This document shows positions 58,011 through 64,000 of a DNA stretch of 64,000 nucleotides, piece by piece. Each line of letters begins with the position of its first letter. Positions within the stretch are counted from its first letter, which is position 1. The position numbers and the translations under genes were made by a program. The notes under the pieces are model-generated. The model was not told the origin of the DNA. It ran no database searches and was given only the letters and a program-made list of their open reading frames with translations. This DNA is from Acidobacteriota bacterium (lineage in GTDB: Bacteria; Acidobacteriota; UBA890; WLXD01), in NCBI GenBank assembly GCA_965248695.1, contig CBDFKD010000002.1, positions 608,001 through 672,000 on the forward strand, read 5' to 3'.

Positions 58011-59147
58011 GTGACGATCAGCTATCCGCGCCCGCACCGCCTCATCACCGTTATCGCGGTGCTGGCGACCTCTGTCTTGCCCTCCCCGCCAGCGGGTGCA
58101 GAGTCGGCGCTACGCCGCGGGCTCGGCGAGGATCAGCTGATCCTGCTTCGCGAGGCGATACAGCTCGTCCGGGTGGTCGGTGATGAGGTGTGGACGGGTT
58201 GGGCACAGATTCCGAAGACGACGCTGATTATCGCGCCGGACGGCGAGTATCTGGTCAACCTGCCGGCTAACGCCGCAGCGCCTCCCGAGTTCGAGCAAAC
58301 GGATCAGCACTTCATGGGGGTGCCGATTTACTCGCGCTCCCGCAGGCTGTCGAGCGCCCTGCGCGCCACGTTCCCGATCGGCGGCGTTCCCTCCGCCGTG
58401 ATCGGAGCCTGGCGCGCCGACGTAGAGTCGCCGAACGAGTGGGTCGTCGGTCTGGTCGAGCAGTGGTTCCATGTGTTGCAGCTGCGGCGCGGCGAGCAGG
58501 CGAAGGTTGCCGACCTGAGCCTGGGATCCGACCCCAGGCTGTCCTGGCAGCTGACCTACCCATTTCCCTTCGAGGACCCCGACGTCGGCAATGCGATGTT
58601 GCTCCTCGGCCAGTCGCTCTACGATTTCTGGACCATGGGAGCGAGCCTGCCACGCGCCGGGCAGCGCGCCTTCCTCGCCGCCACAGCGTCGGCAGCGCTG
58701 CAGAATCTTCGTGTCGTGATCACCCTCAAGCACGGTCAGCAGGCATGGGAGTATTTCCAGTTCCAGACCTGGCGCGCCGGCGTAGCCCGCTACAGCAGCA
58801 TCCTCGCCGCGCGTGCGGTGGCGCGCGCGGAAGTCCTCGACGATTACGAGCGTACGGCTGGCTTCGATCGACTCGAACAGCACAAGTCATACGCCGCGAT
58901 GTGGGAGGAGAACATCTCCCACCGCTTCTGGTTGATCCGTACGGCCGGCCTCGAGGGCGAGCGCGATCCGACGTCGTTCAACGCCCTCGGCCACGGCATC
59001 GCCGAGCTACTGGACGTGCTCGGCTTCGATTGGAAGGAAACCTATTTCGATCGCGGAGTATGGCTAGACGATCTGGTTGCGGCCGGGATGGCGCTCGAGA
59101 TCAGCGACACACCGAAGCGCGCCAACGCACGACGCCAGAACGACTGA
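58011..59147 (+). CDS. Secreted hypothetical protein, gluzincin-like with a degenerate zinc motif
   Basis: Signal peptide; LVEQWFHVLQ and WRAGVARY where HExxH and EG would be expected. Start uncertain. Confidence 0.6.
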   Translation: MTISYPRPHRLITVIAVLATSVLPSPPAGAESALRRGLGEDQLILLREAIQLVRVVGDEVWTGWAQIPKTTLIIAPDGEYLVNLPANAAAPPEFEQTDQHFMGVPIYSRSRRLSSALRATFPIGGVPSAVIGAWRADVESPNEWVVGLVEQWFHVLQLRRGEQAKVADLSLGSDPRLSWQLTYPFPFEDPDVGNAMLLLGQSLYDFWTMGASLPRAGQRAFLAATASAALQNLRVVITLKHGQQAWEYFQFQTWRAGVARYSSILAARAVARAEVLDDYERTAGFDRLEQHKSYAAMWEENISHRFWLIRTAGLEGERDPTSFNALGHGIAELLDVLGFDWKETYFDRGVWLDDLVAAGMALEISDTPKRANARRQND

Positions 59148-59228
59148 CCTTACCGTTCTCGCTCGCCGGTCCGGATAAGGCACCTTCGGCGCCCGCAAGA
59201 TAGCGTCCCACATGGCGGTCGGGGCTAG

Positions 59229-59303
59229 CAGGCCGTGGTGAAAGTGCGATGGGCCTGGTTTTGCCGCCTGACCCTCCGGGCACCACACTTCCACCACGGC
59301 CTG
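59229..59303. mobile_element. Short (75 bp) copy of the CTAG-flanked MITE/REP element
   Basis: CTAG-CAGGCCGTGGTGAAAGTG ... CACTTCCACCACGGCCTG-CTAG between convergent genes. Confidence 0.82.
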
Positions 59304-59837
59304 CTAGATCACGTTACGGCCTGATCGACTCGTCGCCCCGAGAAAGCGCTGGATCGACTCCGGCGAGCGCCCGGCCTCGCGAAGGTGCCACGCGCGCGAG
59401 AGTCGCAGCGTGTTGACGTTCACATCGCTGCCGATCTCGGCCCCTTTGACATTGGCCCCCAGAATCTGTCGCACCTCTTGGACGCGAATCCGTCGCGGCC
59501 GATTCCCGACGAACAGGGCTTGTGTCTGCTGCTCGTCCGATCCGTGCTGCGCCAGGATGAGGCGCCGGGCAGATTGTTTGTACACGTCCAGGATATCGGC
59601 CAGGTCGACCTCCAGATCGACACGCCGCATGCCCTCGGCCGCCCTGAGAACGATCTGCTCGCGGCGCGATTGCAGGTCACCGAGGTTCAGGTTGCTCACC
59701 TCGAGCGCCGTTGCGGCGGCGTAGTACATCGTCGCGAGCACAGCCACATCGCGAAGGCCGGGCGGATCATCGCGGTCTCCGTGCCCGAGCAGGCGCTCTA
59801 CCTCTTCGGTAGACAGGACCTCTACGGGCACGTTCAT
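59304..59837 (-). CDS. Tyrosine recombinase (XerC/D) catalytic-domain homologue with degenerate active site
   Basis: VLSTEEVERLL, GLRDVAVL, ALFV, NTLRLSRAWHL, IQRFLG; first R, both H and the Y are not conserved. Confidence 0.75.
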   Translation of the reverse strand: MNVPVEVLSTEEVERLLGHGDRDDPPGLRDVAVLATMYYAAATALEVSNLNLGDLQSRREQIVLRAAEGMRRVDLEVDLADILDVYKQSARRLILAQHGSDEQQTQALFVGNRPRRIRVQEVRQILGANVKGAEIGSDVNVNTLRLSRAWHLREAGRSPESIQRFLGATSRSGRNVI

Positions 59838-60005
59838 CGCGTCGGCTCCGGATGATCAATGTGTACTGTGATAACCCGATGGTGGGTGCTAGCTGGGTGG
59901 CACTATCTGCAGCGAACCGCAAATTTTACCATGTGGTACTGAGTGCATACGGGTCGTATCAATCACCACGGGCGGCAATCGCGCCGCTCCTCGGGAGGAG
60001 GATGC

Positions 60006-60491
60006 ATGTCCGCCGAGCCGGCCGGCGCCGCCCCCGCCAACGCATTCGACCATCCGGACCTCAGCCGCCAGTGGGTGCTGCGTCGACTGCAGCGCGCGCT
60101 CACTACAGATCTTGCCGCAGCGGCACTGTTGTCCGGCCTGTCGTCCAGCGCCCGACGGCCGCATCGCGCCACCCTGGCGGAGCTCGGTAGCGGCACAGCG
60201 GCGCGCGCCGAGACCCTGCGTGCGCTGATCCGTGAGCTCGGTAGCGCCCCCTACTCTTCCATGGGCCTGGCGCGAGGCCTCTGCACTGCAGGCGGCTACG
60301 CGCTCGGATGGGCCGGCGTCGCCCTCTGGCGCAGCTGTGTCAGACGCCTGGCCGCGCACACGCTCTCCGAATACGATCTGCTCATCGGCCTGGTCGATGG
60401 AGCCGGCGGAGTAGACCCACGACTCGTAGAGCGTCTGCGGCCTCTGCTGGTATCGGCACGGAGCCAACACCAGTCGCTGGAGCCACGATGA
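60006..60491 (+). CDS. Hypothetical helical (ferritin-like?) protein coupled to queC
   Basis: GGAGGA RBS; ATGA overlap with queC; RALIRELGSAP pattern. Confidence 0.55.
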   Translation: MSAEPAGAAPANAFDHPDLSRQWVLRRLQRALTTDLAAAALLSGLSSSARRPHRATLAELGSGTAARAETLRALIRELGSAPYSSMGLARGLCTAGGYALGWAGVALWRSCVRRLAAHTLSEYDLLIGLVDGAGGVDPRLVERLRPLLVSARSQHQSLEPR

Positions 60492-61285
60492 CTGAAGCGC
60501 GTCAACGAGCCGCCGAACACGCGGAGTCAGCAGCGGCGGGTGCCGAGGCCGCGGCGCAGGTCGAAACCGCCAGTAGCCCGAATCGTCTGGGCCTCAATCA
60601 GCGCCGCTCGGCGGTGATCTTGTTGTCTGGTGGGCTGGACTCGGCGACGACGCTGGCGGTGGCGGCGGCAGAGGACTATGACTGCAACGCTCTCACGATC
60701 GACTACGGCCAGCGGCATCGCGTGGAGTTGGAGCGCGCGCGCTCCATCGCGCTCTTCATGGCGGTGCCGCATCGCACCTTGCAGGTCGACCTCGCGTCTT
60801 TCGGTGGATCGTCGCTGACGGACGATATCCCGGTGCCGCACCCCGAGTCTGACGTCGAGATCGAATCCCGCATCCCATCCACCTACGTCCCGGCGCGCAA
60901 CACGGTCTTTCTGTCCCTGGCGCTGGCCTGGGCGGAGACTCTGGAGGCTCGCGATCTGTTCATCGGCGCCAACGTTCTCGACTACTCCGGCTATCCGGAT
61001 TGCCGGCCCGAGTTTCTCGAGGCGTTCGAGATCGTCGCCAACCTCGGCACCTGCGCGGGCACCGAGCGCGGGACGCAATTCACGGTCCATGCGCCGCTCC
61101 TACGGTCAACCAAGGCAGAGATCATCGAGCGAGGGGCCGAGCTGGGCGTGCCGTTCCAGCTGACTCATTCCTGCTACGATCCGGATCCCCAGGGCTTGGC
61201 CTGCGGCCTATGCGACGCCTGCATCCTGCGACGTCGAGGATTCCAGCGGGCGGGCATCGACGACCCCACCCCTTACGCCAGCTGA
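60488..61285 (+). CDS. queC: 7-cyano-7-deazaguanine synthase
   Basis: SGGLDS, YGQRH, YVPARN, YPDCR, SCY...CGLCDAC. Confidence 0.96.
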   Translation: MTEARQRAAEHAESAAAGAEAAAQVETASSPNRLGLNQRRSAVILLSGGLDSATTLAVAAAEDYDCNALTIDYGQRHRVELERARSIALFMAVPHRTLQVDLASFGGSSLTDDIPVPHPESDVEIESRIPSTYVPARNTVFLSLALAWAETLEARDLFIGANVLDYSGYPDCRPEFLEAFEIVANLGTCAGTERGTQFTVHAPLLRSTKAEIIERGAELGVPFQLTHSCYDPDPQGLACGLCDACILRRRGFQRAGIDDPTPYAS

Positions 61286-61295
61286 GCGGACGCTC

Positions 61296-61970
61296 GTGCC
61301 GTCGCAGACATCCATCGAACCGTCGACGCAGACGGTCACGATCAACGAGATCTTCGTCTCCATTCAAGGCGAGTCGACGTGGGCCGGGAGTCCGTGTGTG
61401 TTCCTACGCACCACCGGCTGTCCCCTTCGCTGTCGCTGGTGCGACACCGAGTACGCCTTCCACGAAGGCGAGCCGTGGCGCGTCGACGACCTCGTGGAGG
61501 AGGCCTGTCGACACCAGATTCCACTGGTAGAGATCACCGGTGGAGAACCGCTCGTCCAACCGGGCGTACCGGCCCTCGCCGAGCGCTTGCTGGAGCGTGG
61601 TATGACGGTGCTGGTTGAAACATCGGGCGCGTACGACATCTCGGTTCTTCCACCAGGAGTGAACCGCATCGTCGATCTCAAGTGCCCTGGCTCCGGGGAA
61701 TGCGAGCGCAACGATCTCGAGAACCTCCAACGCCTGCGCGACGGCGATGAGATCAAGTTCGTGCTGGCGGACCGAGCCGACTACGAATGGGCCGTATCGA
61801 TGCTCCGCGAGCACCGTCTGGCCGGCGCGTATCCGGTGCTGTTTGCGCCGGTTTGGGAGCAGTTGGAGCCTGCTATGCTGGCCGCCTGGATACTGGAAGA
61901 CGCGCTTCCCGTGACCCTGCAGCTGCAGCTGCACAAGGTGATCTGGCCCGGGGTGGAGCGCGGAATCTGA
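61296..61970 (+). CDS. queE: 7-carboxy-7-deazaguanine synthase (radical SAM)
   Basis: SIQGE, CPLRCRWCDT, TGGEP, ETSG, QLHK. Confidence 0.95.
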   Translation: MPSQTSIEPSTQTVTINEIFVSIQGESTWAGSPCVFLRTTGCPLRCRWCDTEYAFHEGEPWRVDDLVEEACRHQIPLVEITGGEPLVQPGVPALAERLLERGMTVLVETSGAYDISVLPPGVNRIVDLKCPGSGECERNDLENLQRLRDGDEIKFVLADRADYEWAVSMLREHRLAGAYPVLFAPVWEQLEPAMLAAWILEDALPVTLQLQLHKVIWPGVERGI

Positions 61971-62371
61971 TGCCTGGACCACAGCCACACGTCGAGCTCA
62001 GCACCACGTTCGGCCTCGAAGCCTCGCATCTGCTGCCACATGCGCCGGAGAACAGCGTTTGCCGGCGCCTGCACGGCCACTCCTGGCGCGTCGATGTCGC
62101 CGTCGCAGGATCGGTCGACCCGCAGGCCGGCTGGCTGATCGACTACCACGACATCGAGGCAGCGTGGACGCCGATCCACGAGGCTCTGGACCATCGTCAC
62201 CTCAATGACGTGGCCGGCCTCGAGAACCCCACCAGCGAATTGCTAGCGGTGTGGATATGGAGTCGGCTGGCGCCGCGCCTGGACGGATTGTCCAGCGTGA
62301 CGGTGCACGAAACGTGTACCGCTCGTTGCACTTATTTCGGCCCCGGCGCGGTCACTGGAGGAGAGGCGTGA
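61970..62371 (+). CDS. queD: 6-carboxytetrahydropterin synthase
   Basis: EASH, CRRLHGHS, LDH, NPTSE, VHET. Confidence 0.95.
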   Translation: MPGPQPHVELSTTFGLEASHLLPHAPENSVCRRLHGHSWRVDVAVAGSVDPQAGWLIDYHDIEAAWTPIHEALDHRHLNDVAGLENPTSELLAVWIWSRLAPRLDGLSSVTVHETCTARCTYFGPGAVTGGEA

Positions 62372-62784
62372 CGAAAGACCCGTACCAAGCCTTACCCGGC
62401 AACGGCTACACCGACGCGCACGCCGCCGCCGGACTCGACGAGCCGTTGCCTGACCTGGCGACCTTCCCGAACCAGTTCCCGGGATACTCGGTTCTCATCG
62501 AGCACCCGGAATTTACTTCGATCTGCCCCAAGACCGGGCTGCCGGATTTCGGCACTCTCCGGATCGAGTACGAGCCCGATGTCGAGTGCCTCGAGCTGAA
62601 GGCGCTGAAGCTCTACCTCAACGGCTACCGTAACGTCGGAATATTCCAGGAGAACGTCGTCAATCGCGTCCTGCGCGATGTGGTGGCGGCCTGCGCCCCG
62701 ATCTCCTGTGAGGTTCGTGGCGAATTCGCGGCGCGCGGCGGACTCAGCACCACGGTTACGGCTCGTCACCACCGCGAGCAATGA
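62368..62784 (+). CDS. queF: preQ1 synthase (7-cyano-7-deazaguanine reductase, short type)
   Basis: EFTSICPKTGLPDFG, ELKALKLYL, RGG; GTG start overlaps the queD stop. Confidence 0.95.
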   Translation: MTKDPYQALPGNGYTDAHAAAGLDEPLPDLATFPNQFPGYSVLIEHPEFTSICPKTGLPDFGTLRIEYEPDVECLELKALKLYLNGYRNVGIFQENVVNRVLRDVVAACAPISCEVRGEFAARGGLSTTVTARHHREQ

Positions 62785-62815
62785 CGCCCGTTCCGCCCTC
62801 GGCCAGACGGCGTGG

Positions 62816-63799
62816 CTAACGACGAAGAGCCGCTTCGATCTTCGGAAGCGCTGCCAGCGCCACCTCCCCGACGATCTGAAACGAGCCCGCACTCAGCTTG
62901 TCGAACGTGTCGAACGGCGAGTGCCAGTATCGATTGCCGGGCCCGTAATTGAAATCGATCAGGTCGACCGCATCCACCCCGGCCTCGAGAAACGGCAGGT
63001 GGTCGTCGAGGATCTGATGGTAGGTATCCGGGAAGTTATCGCCGTGTCCGATCTCACGGGCACTGCTCCAGATGATGTCCGTGAGCCAGCTCGTCGACGC
63101 CATCTCCCTCGATATCGCTAGGTCCTTGTCACCGATCATGTCGAACAGGATCAGCGCGCCGATGCGGTCGAGGGTTCCGTCGCGCGAGAAGCGGTCGACG
63201 AGATGCCTCGATCCGTAGACGCTGTCGTCCGCGGTCCACTGCACGACGGCCTCTTCCCCGTCGAAGAACACCAACCACACCGGAACGCCGAGCGGTTCAG
63301 CGATCAACACCGGTGCGAGCGCCAGCAGTATCGCCGCACTGGACGCGCCGTCGTTCGCTCCGACGAACTCCACCCCCTCGAACCGCTTGGTGTCGTAGTG
63401 TCCGGCAAGCAAAATCAACGGACCGTCCGCGACCCCTTCCCGCGCCGGGATCTCGGCGATGATGTTGGCCATAGCCGACGGCCCGATCGGAGTCTCGGCG
63501 GTGAACTCGTCGCGCCACGAATCCAGGCCGAGCGTTGCGAGCTCCGCCTCGATATAGACGCGATTCTCCTCCAGAGCCTCGCTGTTGAGCGGTCGCGGGC
63601 CGAGCGCCACCATTGCCTCCGCGTGGGCGAGCGCACGCTCACCATCGATCGTGGCGGCCTGCGGCAGCGGCGAGATCGCGACGGTCATCAAAACGGCGAG
63701 CCCCCCTACGATTGCATGGACCAGCTTGCTCCTGCCCAACCGACGACCAGTGCCCATCGGCCCCCTCCGCTTCGCCATGCCCGCGCTGGCGAGCACCAT
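62816..63799 (-). CDS. M28 peptidase / glutaminyl cyclase-like
   Basis: GHYDTK, GANDGASS, FDGEE, DMIGD, DDHLPF, WHSPFD. Start uncertain. Confidence 0.9.
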   Translation of the reverse strand: MVLASAGMAKRRGPMGTGRRLGRSKLVHAIVGGLAVLMTVAISPLPQAATIDGERALAHAEAMVALGPRPLNSEALEENRVYIEAELATLGLDSWRDEFTAETPIGPSAMANIIAEIPAREGVADGPLILLAGHYDTKRFEGVEFVGANDGASSAAILLALAPVLIAEPLGVPVWLVFFDGEEAVVQWTADDSVYGSRHLVDRFSRDGTLDRIGALILFDMIGDKDLAISREMASTSWLTDIIWSSAREIGHGDNFPDTYHQILDDHLPFLEAGVDAVDLIDFNYGPGNRYWHSPFDTFDKLSAGSFQIVGEVALAALPKIEAALRR

Positions 63800-64000
63800 C
63801 GATGGTTCGAACGGTTACGGTATCCCTCGGCGGCATCCTAACCGCCCGACACAGCGAAAGCTCGCCCCAGCCCGCCCAGATACGCATCCATGTCGCCACA
63901 CGCACCGTTCCGACCTGCCGCCATGCTACGCGGCGCCCATCGTCAGACCATCTGGGCGAACTACGCGCCCCGTAGCTCGACAGCCGCAACCCTCGTCGGC

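Noticed and set aside
59304-62784. Integrase plus que genes as a 7-deazaguanine DNA-modification (dpd) island or prophage
   Set aside because: No dpdA/tgt-like, dpdB/C or phage genes; queF points to the tRNA preQ1 route; the recombinase lacks catalytic residues; no att site or compositional shift seen.

Overview
High-GC (roughly two-thirds by eye) bacterial chromosomal segment; the gene repertoire suggests Acidobacteriota (inference). It is mostly housekeeping and envelope genes: M16, M43, M61-like, M14 and M28 peptidases; a tkt-rpiB-pgi operon; mutM; rocD; queCEDF; ABC exporters; an MFP plus two-permease RND system; an ECF sigma/anti-sigma operon; and a sigma54-driven MFP/ABC-ATPase/NtrC/kinase module. 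Features the ORF track does not explain: (1) a hidden 77-aa SelW/Rdx selenoprotein with CxxU, an in-frame TGA and a SECIS-like hairpin at 27232-27465; (2) three dispersed paralogs of one uncharacterised small-protein family (24412, 26717, 39841), one behind an AT-rich island whose 10-bp phased repeats recur at 45981; (3) two Lys-rich histone-H1-like genes, one fused to an apparently inactive minimal-nucleotidyltransferase domain; (4) a complete IS3-family element with a 4-bp target duplication that replaced the C-terminal tail of an RND permease; (5) a CTAG-flanked MITE/REP-like family in three copies; (6) a split NOP2/RsmF plus PUA gene pair resembling haloarchaeal ones; (7) several intact genes that lack their catalytic residues. 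No rRNA, tRNA or CRISPR array was seen. Family assignments come from motif recognition by eye, not database searches.
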